Shown one piece after another: positions 8,410 through 16,777 of a stretch of 32,000 nt of DNA (its first letter is position 1; the number at the start of each line of letters is the position of its first letter). Position numbers and translations under genes: made by a program. Origin of the DNA: Candidatus Omnitrophota bacterium (GTDB lineage Bacteria > Omnitrophota > Gorgyraeia > Duberdicusellales > 4484-171); the NCBI GenBank assembly GCA_021735045.1, contig JAIPHU010000006.1, positions 28,263 through 60,262 on the forward strand, read 5' to 3'. The notes beneath the pieces are model-generated. The model was given only the letters and a program-made list of their open reading frames with translations. It made no database searches and was not told the origin of the DNA.

Positions 8410-8483
8410 CTAAGGCACTGCGCCGAGTAATTCGGCTTAGTGCCGCTGAAAATAAAGGTATTCGCTAAATAATTTCATTTTCA
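8410..8483 (+). repeat. 74-nt two-hairpin element, intact copy 2
   Basis: Hairpin 1 is GGCACT-gc-GCCGA-gtaat-TCGGC-tt-AGTGCC. Hairpin 2 is CCGCTGAAAAT...ATTTTCAGCGG (11 bp), and its 3' arm runs into the GCGG of the following tRNA fragment. Confidence 0.8.
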
Positions 8484-8512
8484 GCGGGCGTGGTTCAATG
8501 GCAGACAATGCT
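8484..8512 (+). pseudogene. tRNA-Gly 5'-half pseudogene
   Basis: 8484-8505 is identical to the first 22 nt of the intact tRNA (8623-8644). Similarity then decays, and no complementary 3' acceptor strand follows. Confidence 0.7.
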
Positions 8513-8622
8513 TCTTGGCGAAGCCAAGTTAGATAGCTTTTAGTTAGCTTTAGCATTGCCTGCATTAGATTAAATTGCATTGTTTATTTTATTTACCATT
8601 GATAGCTTTATTTACAAATTAC

Positions 8623-8693
8623 GCGGGCGTGGTTCAATGGCAGAACACTAGCTTCCCAAGCTAGTAACGGCGGTTCGATTCCGCTCGCCCGCT
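8623..8693 (+). tRNA. tRNA-Gly (anticodon CCC)
   Basis: Hand-folded cloverleaf: acceptor GCGGGCG/CGCCCGC, D-stem GTTC/GAAC, anticodon stem CTAGC/GCTAG with loop TTCCCAA, T-stem GGCGG/CCGCT with loop TTCGATT, discriminator T. CCA is not encoded. Confidence 0.9.
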
Positions 8694-8760
8694 TATAAAA
8701 ATGATTACGTCTTTTAAGTATAAGATATATTTAAAACTAGTACTTAAAAATATAGATAGT

Positions 8761-8832
8761 GCGGGATAATCTAAGCAAGTAAAAGCAGACTGGACTTGGC
8801 CTACGGCCAAGAGATTATGCCGCTCGCCCGCT
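8761..8832 (+). pseudogene. Degenerate tRNA-Gly remnant (ends conserved, body refolded as a long hairpin)
   Basis: Starts with GCGGG and ends with CCGCTCGCCCGCT, identical to tRNA 8681-8693. It retains the GATT of the T-loop. No cloverleaf is possible; instead GGGATAATCT pairs with AGATTATGCC around CTTGGCC-TAC-GGCCAAG. Confidence 0.55.
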
Positions 8833-8971
8833 TTCTTTCTGCTTTGCCCAACACCAGATAAAAGGCAAGTGGGGCTACGCAGGAATGAAAAAAGAGGGTA
8901 AGATTTTCTTGATTTTATTTTATTTTCCGTTATCATGTCTCTTACTTTTATATTTATAAATTTTATTAGAT

Positions 8972-9601
8972 ATGCATACTAGCAAACTTATAATAATATC
9001 TTCTATCGTGCTAATTTTTGTTTCTTGCACCCCCCAAAAAAACTATAGCAAAGTTCTTAATATAAAAGATCCTTCTAATAGAAAAATATTTCATAGGGTA
9101 AAAAAAGGAGATTCCCTCTGGAGTATATCTCGCCATTATAATGTTAGCATAAAAAAAATTATGAATGTAAACAAGATCAGTTCACCAAAAAATTTAAAAG
9201 TTTCTGAAAAATTAATTATCCCAATTGGCATAGATAAAAATAGTAATTTTTTGTGGCCAGCTCAAGGAGAGATCGTAGGCTTCTATAGTCAAAAGATTGA
9301 TAAAGTGTCTAACAAAGGTATTGATATTCGCTTAGGAGAAAATACTGACATCTTAGCATCTAACACCGGTAAAGTAATTTTTTCTGACAATTTAGGTGGA
9401 TGGAATAAAACAATAATTTTGCAACACCCAAATGATTTATATACTGTTTATGCAAACCTAGGTAAAATAGTTGTATCTCCAAACCAAAACATTAGAAAGG
9501 GGCAGATTATTGCTAATTGTGGCTCTCCCGAAACAAAAATTGTTCATTTTGAAATACGAAAAGATTATATAGCAAAAAACCCCCTAAACTACCTTAATTA
9601 A
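8972..9601 (+). CDS. NlpD-like lipoprotein: LysM domain plus degenerate LytM (M23) domain
   Basis: Signal peptide with a FVSC lipobox, LysM (VKKGDSLWSISRHYNVSIKKIMNVN), and an M23 fold ending in VHFEIRKD. Canonical M23 residues are replaced: NKGID instead of H.G.D, YANL instead of Y.HL, and IVH instead of HLH. Confidence 0.8.
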   Translation: MHTSKLIIISSIVLIFVSCTPQKNYSKVLNIKDPSNRKIFHRVKKGDSLWSISRHYNVSIKKIMNVNKISSPKNLKVSEKLIIPIGIDKNSNFLWPAQGEIVGFYSQKIDKVSNKGIDIRLGENTDILASNTGKVIFSDNLGGWNKTIILQHPNDLYTVYANLGKIVVSPNQNIRKGQIIANCGSPETKIVHFEIRKDYIAKNPLNYLN

Positions 9602-11164
9602 ATGGAATTTTTAAACAAAAATCCCAACTTAATTAACCTTTCAAAAAGAATTAACTCTTTTAAACAAGGTTATCGTCAAAATATAGCTATTCTCGCTGAT
9701 GATAAAAACGAAATATCAAACTTGATTGATAGCTATCTTAACAATAAAAAAGTCAAGCAGCTAGTTCATATCTATCTAAACCCGACCCATCTCAATAAAA
9801 ATAATGTTTTTAAGTCCCTAGCTTTTTGCTTACTTTCAGAGTATAGCTCAACAACAACAAGCTTAGACCAGCTAATAACTATTTGTTCTGATCTTTTACC
9901 TGATACCACCGGCTTAATCAAAGATTTATTACAAAAAAACATCAACCTTTTAGACCTGTTAAATCTTATAAACAAATTTATCGAAGAAAGCAACAAAAAC
10001 TGTATTTTGATAATTGAAGAGTTCTCTCAAGCCAATAAACTTTTTAAAAACTTTTATCAGCAACTTGCTAGTTTTGCAATATCGCAAAGAAAATGCATGC
10101 TAATAATTAGCTCATCTTATTCCGAAAATGCGGATAAAATTTTAGGAAATGAACTGAACCTTCTCTTTGGTAATTTTGAAAAAATATACCTTAATGAAAA
10201 TAATTTCTTCCAAAATTTTATTTTGCTTGAAAATAAACTGCATACACTTAAGCCTTCACCAATTTTTATTTCTTTTTTTATTAATATAATTGGTAATAAC
10301 AAAAGCTACTACCGGTTATTTCAAAAAGTTATACATAAGCACTACACAGAAATAGAGGAAAATACTATTATAAAAGTATTAGAAGATCTACTCTTTGATG
10401 AAGAAACTTATTTTTTTCAAAAGTTTAACAATAAAATCAATAAAATTAACTACCATTTTAAAACACCTGTATCTGTAACTAAACTGCTTTTTTTACTTAG
10501 TAAAGGCTATATGCGCAAAGAAAACCTTAAGAGCTTAACCGGCAACTCTAGCCGTGATATAAATCATAAACTAAACAAGTTAGTAAACCTAAACTACCTA
10601 AACAAGCATGGAAATATCTACAAGATAAAAGATAAGCTTTTTTCCTTCTGGTTATCTCATTTTTTCAAATTCTATTCTATTTTTCCAGTACTTGAATCCC
10701 GAAAAAGGAAAAATCTTTGGCAAAAAGAAATCCAAGAAGAAATAAATATTTTTAAAGAAGAGTTTGCAAAAAATCGATTAAAGAAAATAGTTGAACTGTT
10801 TATGGCTTTTAGAAATGATTCTTTATCGATTGATAAAGATAAATATAATTTACCTAAACTCGATAGTACAAAAATAATTTCTTATCCAGAAAATAATTTT
10901 CATCTTTTAGTAGGGGAAGGAAACAAGATCATATTTGCCGGAATAAAAGAAAAAACAGCTAATGATAAAGATATCCTTAATTTTATTAAAAAAGGTGCTA
11001 ACGTTAAAGGAAAAAATGTTCAAAAGATATTTATTTCATTAGATAAATTAACCGACACCGCCAATTTAGTCGCCAAAGAAAAAAAGATTACTCTTTGGGA
11101 CAGAAACAAACTAAACAACCTTCTAGATATATACAATAAACCAAATTTTTTGCAATACTTATAA
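9602..11164 (+). CDS. Hypothetical protein; likely a degenerate archaeal-type ATPase (PF01637-like) with wHTH and DUF234-like C-terminus
   Basis: 520 aa. Walker-B-like ILIIEEFSQ; MLIISSSYS...LFGNFEKIYLNE parallels the family's sensor region; there is no P-loop (ILADDKNEISNL sits where G.RR.GKT is expected). wHTH-like LNKLVNLNYLNKHGNIYKIKDKLFSFWL, and a C-terminal IIFAGIKEK...ITLWDRNKL segment. The assignment is from memory of family patterns only. Confidence 0.35.
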   Translation: MEFLNKNPNLINLSKRINSFKQGYRQNIAILADDKNEISNLIDSYLNNKKVKQLVHIYLNPTHLNKNNVFKSLAFCLLSEYSSTTTSLDQLITICSDLLPDTTGLIKDLLQKNINLLDLLNLINKFIEESNKNCILIIEEFSQANKLFKNFYQQLASFAISQRKCMLIISSSYSENADKILGNELNLLFGNFEKIYLNENNFFQNFILLENKLHTLKPSPIFISFFINIIGNNKSYYRLFQKVIHKHYTEIEENTIIKVLEDLLFDEETYFFQKFNNKINKINYHFKTPVSVTKLLFLLSKGYMRKENLKSLTGNSSRDINHKLNKLVNLNYLNKHGNIYKIKDKLFSFWLSHFFKFYSIFPVLESRKRKNLWQKEIQEEINIFKEEFAKNRLKKIVELFMAFRNDSLSIDKDKYNLPKLDSTKIISYPENNFHLLVGEGNKIIFAGIKEKTANDKDILNFIKKGANVKGKNVQKIFISLDKLTDTANLVAKEKKITLWDRNKLNNLLDIYNKPNFLQYL

Positions 11165-11165
11165 A

Positions 11166-11663
11166 ATGAGAATATTGGTAATTTCAGATACTCATATAAC
11201 TAAACCCAACAAAAATTTTTTTTCGCAACTAGATAAAGAAATTGAAATAAGTGACTGTTGTATCCATGCTGGTGATTTTACAGCTTATTCAGTCTATAAA
11301 AGCCTTTCTAAAAGAATCAAAACTTATGCAGTTGCCGGGAATATGGACGATGACCAAATTATAAGAAATCTACCTCAAAAAACTATATTTAAACTATCTG
11401 GTTTTACTTTCGCGCTTGCCCACGGAGCCGGAACTCCAAATACTATAAAACAATATATAGAGTATCAATTCCAAAAGAATTTCGAAAAAATAGATATTTT
11501 TATCTATGGCCACTCTCACCAAGCCATTAACCATAAGTTAGATAATAAAATATATTTCAACCCTGGCTCAGTTGGTGATACAATAACGACTCCAGAAAAA
11601 ACATACGGAATTATAGAAATAAAAAACGGTAAATTAAATAGGGGTATAAAAAAAATTGGATAA
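11166..11663 (+). CDS. YfcE/MJ0936-family metallophosphoesterase
   Basis: 165 aa with MRILVISDTHI, HAGDF, AGNMD and GHSH motifs. Confidence 0.8.
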   Translation: MRILVISDTHITKPNKNFFSQLDKEIEISDCCIHAGDFTAYSVYKSLSKRIKTYAVAGNMDDDQIIRNLPQKTIFKLSGFTFALAHGAGTPNTIKQYIEYQFQKNFEKIDIFIYGHSHQAINHKLDNKIYFNPGSVGDTITTPEKTYGIIEIKNGKLNRGIKKIG

Positions 11664-12132
11664 ACTTTGGGCTCCTTGGCGGATAAAATATGTAAGCAAG
11701 AAAAAAGAATCAGGTTGTATTTTTTGTAGAATTCATAAACAAAAAAAAGATAAGAAAAATTATATTGTTTTACGCTCAAACTATTGTTATGTGGTTTTAA
11801 ACCGTTTTCCTTACAATAACGGGCATCTACTAATTACCCCTTATAAACACACTTCAAAACTAGAACAATTAAACGATAAAGAAGTCCTTGATATATATAA
11901 AATAACAATTAAAATAAAAAAAACGATAAAAGAGGTCCTACATCCGGATGCATTTAATATCGGTTTTAATCTCGGTGAAGCTGCAGGAGCGGGAATAACA
12001 GATCACCTACACCTTCACCTGGTACCACGTTGGAATGGTGACACAAACTTTATGCCGGTTTTGTCTGAAACTAAGATAATTTCACAGAGCTTAGATGATT
12101 TATACAACAAATTAAAAAAGGAAAGTAAATGA
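11656..12132 (+). CDS. HIT-family nucleotide hydrolase/phosphorylase (Ap4A phosphorylase-like)
   Basis: Histidine triad DHLHLHLVPRW, N-terminal CIFC, and a TTG start overlapping the upstream gene. Confidence 0.8.
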   Translation: MDKLWAPWRIKYVSKKKESGCIFCRIHKQKKDKKNYIVLRSNYCYVVLNRFPYNNGHLLITPYKHTSKLEQLNDKEVLDIYKITIKIKKTIKEVLHPDAFNIGFNLGEAAGAGITDHLHLHLVPRWNGDTNFMPVLSETKIISQSLDDLYNKLKKESK

Positions 12133-13157
12133 GTACTAGCTTAAACATGTTTTCGTCATACCATACACTCTATAGATTAGCTACTACTTTTACTGATCTA
12201 AAAAGTTTTGCTATCGGTATAGCTAAAATATATAAAAATGCTTTTAGTGTTGACAAGGTAACTGTGGTTTTAAAGACTCTTAACTCTAAACAATACATTA
12301 AAATAAGCTTTAAAAACCAAACTAAGCTGATAAAGAAGGGTGGAATTTCAATACTTACCAAAGTTGAAAAAAATATTTTAAAACAAGAAAATGAAATAAT
12401 ATTAAACAAAAGGCTGGTCTATCCTTTTACTTTTGTCAAAACATTAGGCGGAATTTATATAAAACGAAGCAAAAAATTTAAAAATTTTACCCCTAAAGAA
12501 AAAAAATGGTTTTATTCATTATGCGAAGAAACAAGTTTAGCTCTTAAAATATTTGCCTTATATAAAGAACAACAAAAATTAATCGTAAGCTATATAAGAT
12601 CTATATCTAACTTTTTAAGTCAACATGTACCCACTTCACGGCTTCACACTAAACATATTCTCCAAATCTTAAAAGCAATGGAAAAAGAACTTTCCTTGTC
12701 CAAGGCAGAAATAAAATCTCTAGAGTTTGCCGCGCTCCTACATGATGCCGGAAAAATGAACCTCCCTAAAAAACTTCTTAAAAAACGTAAACCATTAACT
12801 GCTGAAGAATTTGAACTTATTGCTAAACATCCTCAAAAGGGCACTGAATTAATCAAAGATCTCGAATCCCTAAAACCGGTTATGCCTATAATTCTTTACC
12901 ATCATGAAAGATACGACGGTAAAGGTTATCCTTCAGGCTTAAAGAAAAAACAAATTCCTTTAGGCTCTCGGATTTTATCAGTAATAGATTCTTTTGATGC
13001 TATGTATTTCGGCCGCCCCTACAGAAAAGGCATTCCTATCGAAACCGTAAAAGAAGAGTTAAAAAAACAAAAAGGTAAACAATTTGATCCAAAAATAGTA
13101 GATATATTTTTAAAAATATTACGACGCAAAAAAATAAAAAAAGCTTTAGAAATATGA
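12129..13157 (+). CDS. HD-GYP domain protein (putative c-di-GMP phosphodiesterase) with an uncharacterised N-terminal sensor region
   Basis: LHDAGK and HHERYDGKGYP motifs in the C-terminal half. The start overlaps the upstream stop (ATGA). Confidence 0.8.
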   Translation: MSTSLNMFSSYHTLYRLATTFTDLKSFAIGIAKIYKNAFSVDKVTVVLKTLNSKQYIKISFKNQTKLIKKGGISILTKVEKNILKQENEIILNKRLVYPFTFVKTLGGIYIKRSKKFKNFTPKEKKWFYSLCEETSLALKIFALYKEQQKLIVSYIRSISNFLSQHVPTSRLHTKHILQILKAMEKELSLSKAEIKSLEFAALLHDAGKMNLPKKLLKKRKPLTAEEFELIAKHPQKGTELIKDLESLKPVMPIILYHHERYDGKGYPSGLKKKQIPLGSRILSVIDSFDAMYFGRPYRKGIPIETVKEELKKQKGKQFDPKIVDIFLKILRRKKIKKALEI

Positions 13158-14143
13158 TTACAAAAAAAAATAAACTGAAAAAAATTATTTCTAAATTCGC
13201 TAACAAAAAGATTTTAGTAGTCGGAGATCTTATCTTGGACCGCCATATCTTTGGCAGTGTAAATCGTATCTCCCCTGAAGCTCCTGTCCCAGTAGTTTGG
13301 GCCAAAAAAGAAACCTTTAGAGCTGGTGGAGCCGCTAACGTTGGATCAAATCTAATAGATTTGGGTGCCAAAGTAACCCTTTGCGGATTAATTGGCCAAG
13401 ACATTTTCGGCAAACAACTATATTCCTTGCTTAACCAGAAAAAACTTAATACAAAATACATCATCAAAGATAAAAAGCGAAGAACTACTCTAAAAACTAG
13501 AATTATTGCCCATCACCAGCAAGTAGTTAGGCTTGATTGGGAATCAATTGATAGTTTTTCTAAAAAAATTATAGAAAATATTATCAATAAAATAAAAAAT
13601 AATCTAGATGGTTTTGACGCAGTAATCATCGAAGACTATGGTAAGGGAATGATCAACCCTTTATTGGTCAAAGAATTAGTTGATCTTTGCAATAAAAAAA
13701 ACAAGATTGTTACCGTCGACCCAAAAGAAGATCATTTTCAATACTACCAAGGAGTAACCGCCTTAACTCCTAACCTCAGCGAAGCACAAATAGCTGCAGG
13801 GAAAAAAGCAAAAAATAAAAGCCAAGTAAAAAACATCGGTAAAAAAATATTAAAAGACCTAAAGCCAAAATCAGTCCTTCTAACTTTAGGCGAAGAAGGA
13901 ATGATGCTTTTTGAAAAAGAAAAAGTCAAACACATTCCTACAGCCGCCCTGGAAGTATATGATGTAACCGGAGCCGGTGATACTGTAATTTCTTTATTTA
14001 CCTTAGCTTTGGCCAGCGGGGCAACTAGCCTAGAGGCGGCCCAACTTGCCAATTTAGCTGCCGGATCTGTAGTAGGAAAACTGGGAGCAACAACAATAAA
14101 CAAAAAAGAATTGATAAAAATAATTAATGAAAAAAGAAACTAA
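13154..14143 (+). CDS. hldA: D-glycero-beta-D-manno-heptose-7-phosphate kinase (RfaE domain I type, PfkB family)
   Basis: ILVVGDLILDRH..RISPEAPVPV at the N-terminus and DVTGAGDT near the C-terminus. Confidence 0.8.
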   Translation: MITKKNKLKKIISKFANKKILVVGDLILDRHIFGSVNRISPEAPVPVVWAKKETFRAGGAANVGSNLIDLGAKVTLCGLIGQDIFGKQLYSLLNQKKLNTKYIIKDKKRRTTLKTRIIAHHQQVVRLDWESIDSFSKKIIENIINKIKNNLDGFDAVIIEDYGKGMINPLLVKELVDLCNKKNKIVTVDPKEDHFQYYQGVTALTPNLSEAQIAAGKKAKNKSQVKNIGKKILKDLKPKSVLLTLGEEGMMLFEKEKVKHIPTAALEVYDVTGAGDTVISLFTLALASGATSLEAAQLANLAAGSVVGKLGATTINKKELIKIINEKRN

Positions 14144-14888
14144 TGTTATTGGGGTAATTCCTGCAAGATACGCATCAACAAGACTTCCGGTTAAGCTACT
14201 TAGGGACTTATGTGGGAAATCAATACTCCAATGGACCTGGGAAAGTGCCTCAGGAGCTCGCTTGTTAGATAGATTGATTATTGCTTGTGATCATCCTGAA
14301 ATAGAAAAAGAAGCTAAAAAAATTGGAGCAGAAGTAGTTAATACTTCAGATCAACATACATCGGGAACTGATAGAATTGCTGAAGCAGTAAGGGATATTG
14401 ATGCAAAACTGATAATAAATATTCAAGCTGATGAACCTTTGATTCATCCCTCGGTAATTGATAGCTTAGCCCAAGAAATGTTTACAAACAAAGATTTATT
14501 TATGGCAACTGTTAAAAAAAAGATAGAAGATAAAAATCAAATCAATAACCCGAATATAGTAAAAGTTATCTGTGATAAATTAGATTTTGCAATTTACTTT
14601 TCTCGTTTTCCGATTCCTTATTATCGCAGTAAAGACAATAATGATTCTTCTGATAAGGCTCACTATAAACATTTAGGAATTTATGCCTATAGCAAAGATT
14701 TTCTTTATACCTTTAAAAATTTACCAGTTTCTAGGCTAGAGAAGGCCGAAAAACTAGAACAACTTAGAGCTCTTGAGGCTGGATATAAAATAAAAGTTAT
14801 TGAGACTCATTTTGATTCTTTTGGGATAGATACTGCTGATGATCTTTACGAAGTCGAAAGAATACTAATGCAAAAAGGATATGCATAA
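14127..14888 (+). CDS. kdsB: 3-deoxy-manno-octulosonate cytidylyltransferase (CMP-Kdo synthetase)
   Basis: 253 aa with VIGVIPARYASTRLPVKLL, IQADEPL and HLGIYAY. Confidence 0.9.
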   Translation: MKKETNVIGVIPARYASTRLPVKLLRDLCGKSILQWTWESASGARLLDRLIIACDHPEIEKEAKKIGAEVVNTSDQHTSGTDRIAEAVRDIDAKLIINIQADEPLIHPSVIDSLAQEMFTNKDLFMATVKKKIEDKNQINNPNIVKVICDKLDFAIYFSRFPIPYYRSKDNNDSSDKAHYKHLGIYAYSKDFLYTFKNLPVSRLEKAEKLEQLRALEAGYKIKVIETHFDSFGIDTADDLYEVERILMQKGYA

Positions 14889-14911
14889 TTATAAAAAATT
14901 AATATAAATTT

Positions 14912-14920
14912 TGTTACAAT
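14912..14920 (+). promoter_or_regulatory. Candidate extended -10 promoter (TGtTACAAT) for kdsA
   Basis: TG at 14912-14913 and TACAAT at 14915-14920, 30 nt upstream of the kdsA ATG in a 62-nt AT-rich gap. Confidence 0.3.
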
Positions 14921-14950
14921 GTTAATAGTAAAAAACAATCAAACTAAAAA

Positions 14951-15727
14951 ATGAAAGAACTAATTATTATTGCTGGGCCTTGCGTAATAGAAGATGAGAA
15001 AACTACCACCGAGATTGCATCTTATCTAAAAGATAATCTTTCTGATCTGCCAATTAAACTGATCTTTAAAGCCAGTTTTGATAAAGCAAACAGAACTTCA
15101 GTTGATTCTTACCGGGGGCCTGGGCTGAAAGCTGGCCTGGAGATACTAAAAAATATCAAAGAAAAAACAAATCTTCCCATATTAACCGACATCCACTGTT
15201 GCCAACAAATAAAAGACGTTGAAAAAGTCGCTGATATAATACAAATACCGGCATTTCTTTCTCGTCAAACTGATTTAATAGTCGAAGCAGCCAAAACAAA
15301 AAAAACAATTAATATTAAAAAAGGACAATTTATATCTCCACAAAGCACAAGATACATACTAAAAAAAATAGAATCTACTGGTAATAAAAATATTTTGATT
15401 ACTGAACGTGGTTTTTGCTTTGGCTATAATAACTTGGTAGTTGATTTTCGCTCATTTTTAATCATGAAAGAGTTTGGTTATCCTGTAATTTTTGATGCTA
15501 CTCATTCACTGCAAAGACCTTCTGCTGAATCAGGAATATCAGGAGGAGACAGCCAATTCGTCAAGCCCCTTAGCTTAGCAGCTGCAGCGGCCGGAGTTGA
15601 TGGTTTTTTCCTTGAAGTACACCCTAGGCCAGAAAAAGCCTTGTCAGATCGCTTCACGACCTATAAACTTAACAAGATAAAGGATTTAATTAAAAAAATA
15701 TTATCAATAAAAAAAATAGTTGATTAA
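14951..15727 (+). CDS. kdsA: 2-dehydro-3-deoxyphosphooctonate aldolase (Kdo8P synthase), Cys-type (metal-dependent class) signature
   Basis: 258 aa with IIAGPCVIE (Cys where E. coli-type enzymes have Asn), FKASFDKANR and FDATHSLQ. Confidence 0.9.
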   Translation: MKELIIIAGPCVIEDEKTTTEIASYLKDNLSDLPIKLIFKASFDKANRTSVDSYRGPGLKAGLEILKNIKEKTNLPILTDIHCCQQIKDVEKVADIIQIPAFLSRQTDLIVEAAKTKKTINIKKGQFISPQSTRYILKKIESTGNKNILITERGFCFGYNNLVVDFRSFLIMKEFGYPVIFDATHSLQRPSAESGISGGDSQFVKPLSLAAAAAGVDGFFLEVHPRPEKALSDRFTTYKLNKIKDLIKKILSIKKIVD

Positions 15728-15748
15728 ACCTTTTAACCGAAAAATACA

Positions 15749-16741
15749 ATGAAGAAAAAAAACAAAAAACTCAATAAAAATACTATTCTCAACTGGGCCA
15801 AAGACGTATTAAACACTGAAATCGAAGGCCTTGAAAGTGTTAAGGCAAAACTAGGAAAAGATTTTTTCGAATCAATCAAGATCACTTCAAGGTGTAAAGG
15901 ACGGCTTATCATCTCAGGGATGGGAAAAGCAGGAATCATTGGCCAAAAATTTTCAGCAACGCTCTCTTCAACTGGAACATCAAGCTTTTGGCTTCATGCG
16001 GCTGAAGCAGTACATGGAGATTTGGGAAGAATTAAAAAAAATGACACTGTGATAATCTTATCTTACAGCGGCCAGACCGATGAAATAAAGAATTTAATTC
16101 CTTTTGTAAAAAAAATCGGTTCAAAAATTATCGCCATAACCGGAAATATAAATTCAAACTTAGCTCAATATTCGGATATAGTAATTGATGTTGCGGTAGA
16201 TAAAGAAGCCTGTGGCCTAGGTTTGGCACCGACTACATCTACAACTGCAATGCTAGCGGTTTGTGACGCAATTTCGGTAGTTTTACAAAAAATAAAAGGT
16301 TTCAAAGAAAAAGATTTTGCCTCCTTTCACCCCAGAGGTTCTTTGGGGAGAAAACTTCTTCTGAAAGTATCAGATATTATGAGAAAGAAAAAATCAAACC
16401 CCGTGGTTAATGCAGAAACTTTAGTCGATCAAGTATTGTTAAAAATTACTTCTGCACATGCAGGAGCAGCAACTGTTGTAGACAAAAAAAATAAGATAAT
16501 CGGGATATTTACTGACGGCGACTTACGCCGTAGCTTAAAAAAAGACAGAAACATCTTAAACAAGAAAGTTAAACTTGTTATGTCAGCTAAACCTACTGTT
16601 ATCAAAGACAGTGATTTAGCTTCGCAAGCTCTTAAAATCTTAGAAAAAAAGAAAATAGACGAACTGCCGGTTGTTGATAAGAAAAACCACCCAGTTGGAA
16701 TGCTTGATATTCAAGATTTAATTGCAGCCGGGCTTGTGTAA
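15749..16741 (+). CDS. kdsD: Arabinose-5-phosphate isomerase (SIS plus tandem CBS domains)
   Basis: 330 aa with GMGKAGIIGQKF, SYSGQTDE and a C-terminal CBS pair. Confidence 0.9.
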   Translation: MKKKNKKLNKNTILNWAKDVLNTEIEGLESVKAKLGKDFFESIKITSRCKGRLIISGMGKAGIIGQKFSATLSSTGTSSFWLHAAEAVHGDLGRIKKNDTVIILSYSGQTDEIKNLIPFVKKIGSKIIAITGNINSNLAQYSDIVIDVAVDKEACGLGLAPTTSTTAMLAVCDAISVVLQKIKGFKEKDFASFHPRGSLGRKLLLKVSDIMRKKKSNPVVNAETLVDQVLLKITSAHAGAATVVDKKNKIIGIFTDGDLRRSLKKDRNILNKKVKLVMSAKPTVIKDSDLASQALKILEKKKIDELPVVDKKNHPVGMLDIQDLIAAGLV

Positions 16742-16777
16742 AGTCAAAAGTTAATGGTCAACAGTCCATAGAAAAAG

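Noticed and set aside
8275-8441. An RNase P RNA, because of the GAATTCGGCTTAG / TAATTCGGCTTAG words resembling the CR-V ACAGAA.CCGGCUUA motif.
   Set aside because: No matching CR-I (GAGGAAAGUCC) lies on the same strand within range. The only AAGTCC is on the opposite strand at about 8795. The words are fully accounted for by the stem of the 74-nt repeat.
8761-8832. A possible second functional tRNA (72 nt, with tRNA-like ends), on either strand.
   Set aside because: Only 5 of 7 acceptor pairs form and no D-arm pairing exists. The only candidate anticodon hairpin (CTTGGCC-TAC-GGCCAAG) gives a 3-nt loop, or a 7-nt loop lacking U33. It is better explained as a decayed copy.
8261-8832. A CRISPR array, because of regularly spaced repeats.
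   Set aside because: The periods are 138-149 nt and the repeat units are 74 nt or tRNA-derived. There are only two or three copies, no short 25-40-nt direct repeats with unique spacers, and no cas genes.
8661-8936. A 91-aa minus-strand ORF in the large intergenic gap.
   Set aside because: It runs through the tRNA-Gly gene and its remnant on the opposite strand, and its sequence is explained by those RNA features. No RBS, no motif.
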